From a virus (taxonomy: Duplodnaviria; Caudoviricetes): a DNA stretch of 58,714 nucleotides. Shown here piece after piece: positions 10,141 through 17,747 of this stretch. The stretch lies in IMG/VR virus record IMGVR_UViG_3300005611_000026, positions 1 through 58,714 of that record, one strand, 5' to 3'. Every line of letters begins with the position of its first letter. The first letter of the stretch is position 1. The notes under the pieces were generated by a model that saw only the letters and a list, made by a program, of their open reading frames with translations, was not told the origin of the DNA and did not search any database. Made by a program: the position numbers and the translations under genes.

Positions 10141-10488
10141 ATGTCTGAAAAACTAGGCGACAAACAGCGGCGTTTTACACTAATGATCGCGCAGCTTATT
10201 AACCATGCTTATATATTGGGCTACGAGTTAACGTTCGGTGATGCGTACCGCGATCCGCGCGTACACGGCAAGCACGGCGAAAAAAAGAGCTACAGCAGCG
10301 CCAAGAGCAACCACAAGCGACGACTAGCCGTTGACTTTAATCTGTTTAAGGATGGTAAGTATTTAACCAGCACCGAAGCGCACCGGCCGCTAGGCGAATA
10401 TTGGGAGAGTATCGGCGGCACGTGGGGCGGCAGGTTTAGCAAAGCCGATGGAAATCATTATTCCGTTGAATGGCAGGGCATTAAATAA
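10141..10488 (+). CDS. Endolysin, peptidase M15 family
   Basis: SNHKRRLAVD, WGGRF, DGNHYS zinc-peptidase motifs. Confidence 0.88.
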   Translation: MSEKLGDKQRRFTLMIAQLINHAYILGYELTFGDAYRDPRVHGKHGEKKSYSSAKSNHKRRLAVDFNLFKDGKYLTSTEAHRPLGEYWESIGGTWGGRFSKADGNHYSVEWQGIK

Positions 10489-10583
10489 TTAAAAAGAATA
10501 AGCAAATAACAAAATGATCTAACAAACCAGTTTTACTCTGCTAGTCTATATCTTATAGTAGCCAACTATAGGAGAGGCACAGT

Positions 10584-10961
10584 ATGAAACGTTTATTTAT
10601 CGCCATTAACCGGTTTTTACTACACCGCGAAATTATCAAGGCCCAGCGCGCCAGCATTGAAGCGCTAGAGCTTCGCGTTAAATCCCTACAAACCACCGCA
10701 AAGCGATTACAAAAATCGCAAATCGACGCGCTAAAAACACAGCGCAAGCTATGCGATTACATTGAAAAGCAAAGCGATTTAATTAAAACGCTAGCCGATG
10801 AAATCGAAGCCGACCACAGCACCCGCAAAAACTTAAACAATATCGAGTCGCTAGTCTGCGAGCCGCACCTATACGACAAGAACGGCCGGAAAGCCGAAAC
10901 GCTAACTAAGGGCCAGATTGTTGATTTTGTAGACTACACGCGCAAAAAAGAGGGCGAATGA
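10584..10961 (+). CDS. Hypothetical coiled-coil protein, homolog of 18623-18988
   Basis: RBS AGGAG; C-term YDKNG...GQIVDF matches YDQTG...GEIVDL. Confidence 0.7.
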   Translation: MKRLFIAINRFLLHREIIKAQRASIEALELRVKSLQTTAKRLQKSQIDALKTQRKLCDYIEKQSDLIKTLADEIEADHSTRKNLNNIESLVCEPHLYDKNGRKAETLTKGQIVDFVDYTRKKEGE

Positions 10962-11236
10962 TGTACTACAACACCACAGCCCAAGTCGGCGATCTTTTAA
11001 GAGATTACAAAGCCAAAACCATCAATCAAAATGATGCGATTGCAGTTTATATGCGAAATCGCGGCGCGTTGAGTCCCTCGCAGGTTTGTTTGCAGTTATT
11101 CAACAATACGATACCGGTAACAAGCGTGCGGCGCGCTATGACCAGCCTAACAAACGACGGTTTATTAAAAAGGCTAGACCAGACGATAGAGGGGCCATAC
11201 GGGCGGCCCGAGCATTTGTGGAAGTACATTGCATGA
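10958..11236 (+). CDS. Winged-helix DNA-binding protein
   Basis: PVTSVRRAMTSLTNDGLL...GPYGRPEHLW. Confidence 0.6.
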   Translation: MMYYNTTAQVGDLLRDYKAKTINQNDAIAVYMRNRGALSPSQVCLQLFNNTIPVTSVRRAMTSLTNDGLLKRLDQTIEGPYGRPEHLWKYIA

Positions 11237-11964
11237 CTGAACAAAACGACAATATGCGTGTGTGGCACCACGCCGACGAAACAGACCCCAGCGCCACTAA
11301 AACAGCCAAGATAGACGGCAATATGCAAACCGCGATTAGTGCGTATTGGATGTTTAAAAAGGCTACTGAGCTATTCGGGCCGGTGGGCAAAGGGTGGGGG
11401 TTTGATATTGTTGAGGAGAGGACGGACGGCGGCCACGATCAAATAGACGGCGAGGGGAATGTAATCGGTCAGGCCCGGTGGCATACCGTGCAAATCAAAT
11501 TATGGTACGAAAAGCGCGATCAATACGTCATTGCGTTTGGCCATACGCCCTATGTGCAATTTGTGCGCAGCGGCAACTATTGGCGTACCGATGGCGAAGC
11601 ACCTAAAAAATCATTAACGGACGCGCTAAAAAAGGCATTGTCTATGCTTGGATTTGCGGCTGATGTTTTTCTTGGCCAGTTTGACGACCCAAATTATGTA
11701 GAGGCGCAGGTTTCACGTGAAACGATTGATAAAGCCACCGACAAAGCCAAGGCGGCCAAAATAGAGGCCGACAAGTACGCCGAAAAACTAGCCGCTAACA
11801 TAGAGACTATGAAGGGCGCGTTATCTTTGCACGAATTTGAAAGCATTTACAAAGCGCTAATCAGAGAGGCGCACGCCAGAGACAGCAAAACCGCACAACG
11901 ACAAATAGCCGTTGCCTACGAACAGAAAAAACTGGAGTTTAAGAATGTCGCAAAGTCTAATTGA
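11233..11964 (+). CDS. Rad52/Sak-like single-strand annealing protein
   Basis: ELFGPVGKGWGF and EAPKKSLTDALKKALSMLGFAADVF motifs; ATG 11233 overlaps the upstream stop. Confidence 0.75.
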   Translation: MTEQNDNMRVWHHADETDPSATKTAKIDGNMQTAISAYWMFKKATELFGPVGKGWGFDIVEERTDGGHDQIDGEGNVIGQARWHTVQIKLWYEKRDQYVIAFGHTPYVQFVRSGNYWRTDGEAPKKSLTDALKKALSMLGFAADVFLGQFDDPNYVEAQVSRETIDKATDKAKAAKIEADKYAEKLAANIETMKGALSLHEFESIYKALIREAHARDSKTAQRQIAVAYEQKKLEFKNVAKSN

Positions 11965-12448
11965 GATAACCGGCCAATACCGCGAGCTATTAGAGGCCAT
12001 CGCGGACCCGACCACCGAGCTAAACGCAAGCAGCGCTAACGATACGCTGGACGCCATACAGCTATCATTTAATGACAAAGCGGTTGCCGTTTCTAATGTG
12101 ATACGCAAAACCGACACCACGCTAGATGCCATAGACGCCGAAATCGAGCGGCTACGCGCACGGAAAACCGTGATTAACAATAAAAAAGCGTCCGTTGTTG
12201 ATTATTTAAAGCGCAACATGGCCGCGTCCGGCATTAAAAAAATAGAGTGCCCGTTATTCACGATCACACTAGCCAAGGGGCGCGATATTGTTAACGTTTT
12301 CGATCAGCAGGCGCTACCCGACGATTATTTGAACGTTAAAACCACGATCACACCGGACAAGCCCGCCATTGCTAAAGCGCTGAAAGCTGGCGACGAGATA
12401 CCCGGCGCACGGCTAGAAAAATCGGCCGAATCACTACGGATTAAATAA
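11945..12448 (+). CDS. Siphovirus Gp157 family protein
   Basis: DAEIERL, GIKKIECPLFTI, PDKPAIAKALKAGDEIPGARL...SLRIK. Confidence 0.9.
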   Translation: MSQSLIEITGQYRELLEAIADPTTELNASSANDTLDAIQLSFNDKAVAVSNVIRKTDTTLDAIDAEIERLRARKTVINNKKASVVDYLKRNMAASGIKKIECPLFTITLAKGRDIVNVFDQQALPDDYLNVKTTITPDKPAIAKALKAGDEIPGARLEKSAESLRIK

Positions 12449-12450
12449 CC

Positions 12451-12684
12451 ATGAGAGCCAATATCAATTGGTCCGCGCTTATTGATCAAAGCGGGCTATC
12501 GGACAATCAAATTGTTCAGCACCTAAACCGCAATGGGTGCGTTTATTCGGCGCAGGCGGTGAACAAATTGCGCACCGGCCGCACCAAAGAGCCAAGCCAC
12601 CGAGTTGGACAGGAGCTAATTTTTATTCTTAAAGAGCAAGCGCGAGACGCGCCTAGCATAATCCAGGACAGCCGCACCCGATGA
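12451..12684 (+). CDS. Cro-like HTH protein
   Basis: KLRTGRTKEPSHRVGQEL; homolog of 46834-47061. Confidence 0.65.
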   Translation: MRANINWSALIDQSGLSDNQIVQHLNRNGCVYSAQAVNKLRTGRTKEPSHRVGQELIFILKEQARDAPSIIQDSRTR

Positions 12685-12992
12685 AATACACTGTTTTTGA
12701 TGCCCAAGGCATACCGCGCAGCCAGTGTTATACGCTACCCGCCGCCGAAAAAGACGCCCAAGCGTTAGCCGAAGAATACAAAGCGGGCTATTTTTTAGTG
12801 TGTCGCACGGATATTACCAAGCGGCTACGGCGTTTCGTGGTGTATTGGGACGTGGAAAATGCGACCGTTAAGCAACTACTAGAGGCCGATATAGCATTAA
12901 ATCAGCCCGATTTTTATAAACTCCCACAAATACCAGGCAGGACATTACAGCATGACAAACCAATGGAAACACCCGACCGGCCAAGTACCTAG
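12681..12992 (+). CDS. Hypothetical protein
   Basis: ATGA overlap with upstream gene. Confidence 0.6.
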   Translation: MKYTVFDAQGIPRSQCYTLPAAEKDAQALAEEYKAGYFLVCRTDITKRLRRFVVYWDVENATVKQLLEADIALNQPDFYKLPQIPGRTLQHDKPMETPDRPST

Positions 12993-13674
12993 CACTGTTT
13001 TTATTGTTTGCGCAGGCTATACGATGCGGCAATGGCACGCCGTGCGCGGTTGCTACCGCAGCCCGATCGATAAGCACAAACACGAATATACCGAGGTGTG
13101 GAGTCTGAACAAAGCATTGCGCACCAATATCGCGGATTTTGGTTTCGTGATGGATGATTTAATAGGCGAGTACCGCCGCGACCCTATCTACATAGACGAA
13201 ATCAACGCGCTAAACATACCGATACTGACAAGCACTGTAGACGATCCGGTTATCGATATGTTGCACCAGCTACCTAGCAATTTGAGCGAATTAACCGCCG
13301 AGTTTCACGAATACCCTATTTTGCCATTACGGGATAATTTGGGCGACGACTTCACGCTCGTTTATTTAGACGAGCCAGCGACCGACCAGCAAAAGCGGTT
13401 ATTTGGCAATCAGATGCTATACCTTAAAAACTCATTCCCGCTAATGTTGGCCTATGCTTATTTGATAGGCGTGAAAACCGTTTATGTGTTTGGTGCCGAC
13501 TACACGCACCCGCAAGGCCAAGCCAGAGAATCAGACCAGCCAAACGCCGAGTATTGGGTCGGCTATTTGCGCGGGAGAGGCATACAAGTTGTTATTTGTG
13601 ACGACAGCACGCTACTGGACACCCGCGACGGCCGCGCGATTTACGGCTACGGGGCAAGACAGCCAGCGCTTTAA
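12952..13674 (+). CDS. Putative DUF115/glycosyltransferase-like Rossmann-fold protein
   Basis: VFIVCAG, EVWSLN, MLAYAYLIGVKTVYVFGADY, NAEYWVG..RGRGIQV. Confidence 0.45.
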   Translation: MTNQWKHPTGQVPSTVFIVCAGYTMRQWHAVRGCYRSPIDKHKHEYTEVWSLNKALRTNIADFGFVMDDLIGEYRRDPIYIDEINALNIPILTSTVDDPVIDMLHQLPSNLSELTAEFHEYPILPLRDNLGDDFTLVYLDEPATDQQKRLFGNQMLYLKNSFPLMLAYAYLIGVKTVYVFGADYTHPQGQARESDQPNAEYWVGYLRGRGIQVVICDDSTLLDTRDGRAIYGYGARQPAL

Positions 13675-13701
13675 ATTTTAATAATGTACGGAGATAGAGA
13701 T

Positions 13702-13953
13702 ATGACCAAGAAGCAGATCAAAGAACAAGTATTGGCGATGATGTTTGCTAGTGGGTTGACGCCAGTTATTGAGGACGACTATTACGAAAACCTAAACGGG
13801 TCAACTATCGGTAGATTTTGCGAGGCGCTACGTGGACATTTCAGCGTAGAACATGATTGCTGGGCGCTGCACTTTGCCAACTTGGATTGGATAGATACGC
13901 CAAGTGAAACGGTTGAGTTTTGGGTTAATCACGCAGAACTTATTAACACCTAA
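13702..13953 (+). CDS. Cassette gene present only upstream of repeat copy 1 (hypothetical)
   Basis: Preceded by AATAATGTACGGAGATAGAGAT-ATG junction. Confidence 0.75.
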   Translation: MTKKQIKEQVLAMMFASGLTPVIEDDYYENLNGSTIGRFCEALRGHFSVEHDCWALHFANLDWIDTPSETVEFWVNHAELINT

Positions 13954-13980
13954 CTCAATAATGTAAAGGTTTAATTTTTA

Positions 13981-14074
13981 GGCGGGTAAAACCAAGGAAA
14001 CCGGATAGGGCTATAGACCGAAGCCGGAGAGCGCGAATGCTGGAGAAAGCTAAGCGGTTCCAGCCCCGCCGCCA
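13981..14074 (+). ncRNA. Candidate 94-nt structured RNA at head of the array (copy 1)
   Basis: Closing stem GGCGGG/CCCGCC followed by GCCA; internal CCGG/CCGG and GCTGGA/TCCAGC stems; the shared repeat begins just before it. Confidence 0.45.
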
Positions 14075-14117
14075 AATTAACAACAGATTCGATTCTGTAC
14101 CGTAGGAGAAACATAAA

Positions 14118-14339
14118 ATGCCAAAACTGACAGTGAATTTAGGAGATGAGATGTTTAGATTCAGCTCCGAGCAAGAGTGGATCAATAAGGCTCAGTCTTG
14201 GTTTGCCCGCTGCGAAGTACCAAAGAGACATTACATCGCAATAGATGCCGCTGGCAGGGTTTGCATAAAGGGCGCTGAATTTATGCGAGCCACAAGAGAA
14301 GATACTTACCCAATAACTGTCTATCGGTTGCTGGTGTAA
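14118..14339 (+). CDS. Cassette gene, hypothetical (73 aa)
   Basis: CTGTACCGTAGGAG junction/RBS. Confidence 0.8.
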   Translation: MPKLTVNLGDEMFRFSSEQEWINKAQSWFARCEVPKRHYIAIDAAGRVCIKGAEFMRATREDTYPITVYRLLV

Positions 14340-14366
14340 ATCTCAATAATGTACGAGGACAGAGAC

Positions 14367-14927
14367 ATGAAAACAAAGAAAGCATATGAAGCACTTGAGC
14401 GATCACTGGAAAAGCACAAGGCGCTGATTGAAGCAGATTACGATCTAGATTGCCTCAAGCGCATCAAAGACAAGATATTTACTCAGGATTTGACAGAAAA
14501 CTACGGCTGGGTAATTCCCTCTCATGTGAAAGGCAACGATAACTGGTTTTCAATCAAAAGCGAGATAAGCGCCGGAACATTTGGCGGAGAAACTAAACGC
14601 AGTATTTCTTGGGAAGATGACGACAGAGACCCTGATGGTGAGTTTCTTTTGCACATCTGTTTTTCTACCGGCGCGTATTTTTTTGGCGAAGAGTATGACA
14701 AGGATTTTTTCAAGCGATTCTGGAAAGAGTTGGAGTCATACGAGCCAAGCTTTAAAGATACCACCAACAAGGGACTTTACTTCTCTAAAGAAAAAGCCGG
14801 AAAGGTGCTCCAGAATTACGATCAAATCGTTAAAAAATATCGCGATCTTTACAAGTCCGAGGCTGATAAAAGGCGCGCGGCAAAGTTGAGAGCGGAGCTG
14901 GAAAAACTGGAAGGCTCTACAGGCTAA
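14367..14927 (+). CDS. Cassette gene, hypothetical; paralog of 48688-49239
   Basis: Junction TGTACGAGGACAGAGAC-ATG; FSTGAYFFG motif. Confidence 0.85.
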   Translation: MKTKKAYEALERSLEKHKALIEADYDLDCLKRIKDKIFTQDLTENYGWVIPSHVKGNDNWFSIKSEISAGTFGGETKRSISWEDDDRDPDGEFLLHICFSTGAYFFGEEYDKDFFKRFWKELESYEPSFKDTTNKGLYFSKEKAGKVLQNYDQIVKKYRDLYKSEADKRRAAKLRAELEKLEGSTG

Positions 14928-14953
14928 ATCTCAATAATGTACTGGAAAAGAGA

Positions 14954-15238
14954 ATGAAAATCCTGCACCTAACGCTCAAGAAAAAATGGTTTGACATGAT
15001 CGCTAGCGGTGAAAAGCGCGAGGAATATAGAGAGATAAAGCCATACTGGAATAAGCGTTTAACTAATAAATCCTATGACGCCATTTTGTTTAGAAACGGC
15101 TACTCAAAAAACGCGCCTAAAGTGCTTGTAAAGCTGGACGGAATAATGACCAGTCTTGGCATTATTCAATGGGGCGCGCCAGAGGGCGAGAGGGTTTATA
15201 TTTTGAAGCTCGGCGAAATACTGCCGCTAGATTGTTAA
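14954..15238 (+). CDS. Cassette gene, ASCH/PUA-like domain protein
   Basis: LHLTLKKKWFDMIASGEKREEYREIKPYW..RL, FRNGY. Confidence 0.85.
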   Translation: MKILHLTLKKKWFDMIASGEKREEYREIKPYWNKRLTNKSYDAILFRNGYSKNAPKVLVKLDGIMTSLGIIQWGAPEGERVYILKLGEILPLDC

Positions 15239-15256
15239 CTGTACGGAGATAGAGAT

Positions 15257-15421
15257 ATGAGCAGAGAAATAAACGACGAGACATTAAAAGAGTTTATCCA
15301 GAACCATCTAAGCGTGACGGATTTTGGCTATCTCGTTATTCCAAATGATGCCCGACTAAATGACGAGGCTTTAAGCAATATCAAGCAGAGCTTCAAAGAC
15401 TTTGTGGCGCAAGAATCTTAA
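15257..15421 (+). CDS. Cassette gene, hypothetical (54 aa; below ORF-track cutoff)
   Basis: MSREINDETLKEF...AQES* exactly fills the space between two TGTAC junctions; RBS GGAG. Confidence 0.75.
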   Translation: MSREINDETLKEFIQNHLSVTDFGYLVIPNDARLNDEALSNIKQSFKDFVAQES

Positions 15422-15439
15422 CTGTACGACAGGTGAAAT

Positions 15440-15625
15440 ATGTTTAAAGAGATTTTCTGCCCTCAATGTGGCGACAATACCCATGAGCTTCACGAGGGAT
15501 GCTGCGAGCAATGCTGGAACGAAAACCAAGCCGCGCTTGATCGTCATAACCAAGAGTACGACCACTGGAACAGGATGGATAGCGAGCGCAGAGAACAAGC
15601 TATTCGAGAAGCCATGAATCAATAA
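15440..15625 (+). CDS. Cassette gene, small Cys-rich (zinc-finger-like) protein
   Basis: CPQCG...GCCEQC; RBS AGGTG. Confidence 0.75.
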   Translation: MFKEIFCPQCGDNTHELHEGCCEQCWNENQAALDRHNQEYDHWNRMDSERREQAIREAMNQ

Positions 15626-15651
15626 TGTACTAACTGACAGACGAGGTAATT

Positions 15652-15870
15652 ATGAGGCAACAGTTACTATCTAAAGCACTTCGAGCTATATGTCTCACGC
15701 GAGATTATGTTGGCGAAAGGATGCTGCCAGCCATCAACGGCTGGGAGTGGTACGAAGTGGGAAAAGAGCTGGCCGGAGTCATACCAGAGGATGAATGGGC
15801 TAAAGAATTTTGGAAGAGAGTTGAAGCAGATAAGGATCGGCGACGGCGAGAAGGTAGGCCGCAAGGCTGA
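15652..15870 (+). CDS. Cassette gene, hypothetical (72 aa)
   Basis: RBS GAGGT after TGTAC junction. Confidence 0.75.
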   Translation: MRQQLLSKALRAICLTRDYVGERMLPAINGWEWYEVGKELAGVIPEDEWAKEFWKRVEADKDRRRREGRPQG

Positions 15871-15895
15871 ATTAACTGTACTAACGGAGAATAGC

Positions 15896-16105
15896 GTGAC
15901 TTATACAGACCTTGATATGGTTACAGCGAAAATCTACCGCATGGTTTCAAACCGGCGAGCGAGAAAGCTGCGCAAGCGCGGCGAGTTTGTGAAGTGGAGT
16001 GTCGAGCTTGACTGCTATATATGGGAGCCGTGCTGGTTGTCGCCAAACCCAAATACGTTGAACGGGCTGCCTTGGTTGTCTCGTCGTGAACAAATAGCTC
16101 TTTAG
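15896..16105 (+). CDS. Cassette gene, hypothetical basic protein (GTG start)
   Basis: TGTACTAACGGAGAATAGC-GTG; 3' part of ORF 15707-16105. Confidence 0.65.
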   Translation: MTYTDLDMVTAKIYRMVSNRRARKLRKRGEFVKWSVELDCYIWEPCWLSPNPNTLNGLPWLSRREQIAL

Positions 16106-16132
16106 CCTGTACTAACTGGAAGGTGAGTAACT

Positions 16133-16372
16133 ATGAAAGCAATTTATTTATTCTATGTTTTTAAAATAGCTCCGCGAGTTATCGACAATAAGTCTAGCTG
16201 GTTTTGGCGGTGGTCGGTTTCTCTCCTTAACTCACAAAGGGCAATAGCTGGCGACTCGTTTGCGCTGCGGTCTTTTGGTCGTCTTTATATCCGAGACCCG
16301 CACGCGCGCCCTATAGCTACCCATTGGGTCTATAGCAATTGGCACCCGTTTTGCTGGCGCAAGAATCGATAA
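16133..16372 (+). CDS. Cassette gene, hypothetical Trp-rich protein
   Basis: Flanked by two CCTGTACTAACTGGAAGGTGAGT junctions. Confidence 0.7.
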   Translation: MKAIYLFYVFKIAPRVIDNKSSWFWRWSVSLLNSQRAIAGDSFALRSFGRLYIRDPHARPIATHWVYSNWHPFCWRKNR

Positions 16373-16399
16373 CCTGTACTAACTGGAAGGTGAGTGAAT

Positions 16400-16594
16400 A
16401 TGAGCACAATAGACATTAAAGCCGTAGCAAATGTGAGACTGAATGATTTGGCCTCAGCAATTGCGGAGTTAAAGCCTTACGAGATAAATGATTTTTTTCT
16501 CATGGTTGTTGAGAGGCAAAGTAACCCCGAAACGGCGTTAAAGTGTTCTGAAAACCTTAAATGGCATTACGACAGGCTTGCGGGTGGCAAATAG
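16400..16594 (+). CDS. Cassette gene, hypothetical
   Basis: RBS AAGGTG; C-terminus differs from copy 2 (SENLKW vs SESLKR). Confidence 0.75.
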   Translation: MSTIDIKAVANVRLNDLASAIAELKPYEINDFFLMVVERQSNPETALKCSENLKWHYDRLAGGK

Positions 16595-16613
16595 CTGTGC
16601 GTTTTGAATCTAA

Positions 16614-16639
16614 TGGTACCGTAACTGATTACGGTACCA
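16614..16639. repeat. Perfect inverted repeat TGGTACCGTAA-CTGA-TTACGGTACCA
   Basis: 11-bp arms, 4-nt loop, at the right end of repeat copy 1. Confidence 0.95.
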
Positions 16640-16735
16640 AATAATGTACAGCCATCTGTACCTTCAAAGAGTAGCGTAAAAATTCTTAATTTCAACGGCG
16701 AAAGACACCTTCTAACCCATGATGGAGAAATCAAA

Positions 16736-17077
16736 ATGAATGGAAAGTGGACCCAATCGAATTTTGAAAAGTTCGACCAAGCAAACCCGCACATCTGGAA
16801 AGAGATTGAAAGGATTGCGCTCGAGGTAGCCCATAAGCACAAGAAAAAGAAATTCGCCATTAAAAACATATTCGGTTACATGCGCTACAACTCAGCGATC
16901 AAAGGCGATAATACTGAGGGAGAGTTCAAACTAGATGATGGATGGTACCCGCATTACGCCCGAAAATTCCTACGGCTTCATCCAGAGCTACCCGATTTTT
17001 TTGAGATCCGGCAGCGGATGCAAAGCTACCACGACGACAATCCGGCGGCTAAGGACGCCATGGGGAGAGACAGATGA
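16736..17077 (+). CDS. Phage hypothetical protein
   Basis: RBS GGAG; FKLDD...HYARKF...P.L..FFEIR. Confidence 0.75.
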   Translation: MNGKWTQSNFEKFDQANPHIWKEIERIALEVAHKHKKKKFAIKNIFGYMRYNSAIKGDNTEGEFKLDDGWYPHYARKFLRLHPELPDFFEIRQRMQSYHDDNPAAKDAMGRDR

Positions 17078-17328
17078 AAATAGGATCAGCACCAATCAGT
17101 AATCAAATTCCGATGTATCGAATCAAGTTAACCGGAGCCTTGGATAAACTGGATGAACTTGAGCACCAGCAGTTTGAAATGATTGCCCGAATTACCGAAG
17201 GCATGATAAGACCGCTCGATTATTTCCAAGACGTTTGTCATGTGGTGCAGGGGAATCCTATTGCTTATATGAATCGTCTGATAGCGTTAAACATTCTAGT
17301 TGTCGATCATTGGAAGAAACCGGCTTGA
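17074..17328 (+). CDS. Hypothetical protein
   Basis: ATGA overlap. Confidence 0.6.
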   Translation: MKIGSAPISNQIPMYRIKLTGALDKLDELEHQQFEMIARITEGMIRPLDYFQDVCHVVQGNPIAYMNRLIALNILVVDHWKKPA

Positions 17329-17747
17329 GTAAGAGCGTCCAAAAGCTACGCAGCGAGGCGCTAGAGGTGTCACAACTTCTTGCGAGGGTATCGGAGGCCA
17401 ATTCTCAGGGGGTCTGCAAATGCGTCTCCTGTGGCAAACTGATCTACTGGAATGAATGCGATGGTGGCCACTACATAGCCAAGGGGAAGGGCGGTAGCAA
17501 TTCGTGGGCGCTAGACATGCGTAATATCCATCCCCAATGCAAGGGCTGTAATGGCTTCCAGATGCGATACGGCAACGCAGAGGCGCGGTATACCTTCTGG
17601 ATGATCCGAAAATATGGAGTTGATCTGGTTGAAATGATGACTTTTAGCAATCCGGTGGTAAAGTGGTACGCTTTCGAGCTAGAGCAACTTATAAAGGATC
17701 GCAAAATTGAAATCAAAAAGCACAAAAAGCGAATTGGAGCTAAATGA
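17325..17747 (+). CDS. ninG: NinG/Rap-family recombination endonuclease
   Basis: CVSCG, DGGHY, NIHPQCKGCN; probable TTG start overlapping upstream stop. Confidence 0.85.
   Translation: MSKSVQKLRSEALEVSQLLARVSEANSQGVCKCVSCGKLIYWNECDGGHYIAKGKGGSNSWALDMRNIHPQCKGCNGFQMRYGNAEARYTFWMIRKYGVDLVEMMTFSNPVVKWYAFELEQLIKDRKIEIKKHKKRIGAK

Larger units (their letters stand above)
1..13975 (+). mobile_element. Phage A fragment (siphovirus: head-tail-lysis-early genes), truncated at window start
   Basis: Co-oriented capsid, tail tube, chaperone, tape measure, endolysin and recombination genes. Confidence 0.9.
13976..16612 (+). repeat. 2,637-bp direct repeat, copy 1
   Basis: Matches 51715-54351 at offset 37,739; differences seen only at 13988 and at five positions in 16549-16562. 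Confidence 0.97.
13672..16661 (+). other. Array of single-gene cassettes delimited by TGTAC junctions (copy 1)
   Basis: TGTAC at 13685, 14096, 14350, 14938, 15240, 15423, 15626, 15877, 16108, 16375, 16645 (and 16657); TGTAA at 13962; all intergenic. Confidence 0.9.

Noticed and set aside
13981-14074. tRNA (94 nt, GCCA end)
   Set aside because: No canonical anticodon arm or 5-bp T-arm with TTCRA loop could be folded; kept only as an ncRNA candidate.
13684-14366. ORF-track starts MYGDRD (13684) and MYEDRD (14349)
   Set aside because: These ATGs are part of the AATAATGTAC junction; the Shine-Dalgarno lies downstream, favouring starts at 13702 and 14367.
16549-16562. Diversity-generating retroelement variable region
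   Set aside because: The five differences (T/C, A/G, A/G, C/T, T/A) are not adenine-specific and no reverse transcriptase is present.
13672-16661. CRISPR array or classical integron
   Set aside because: The conserved core is only 5 bp and the spacers are whole ORFs of variable length. No attC-like hairpins, intI or cas genes were seen.
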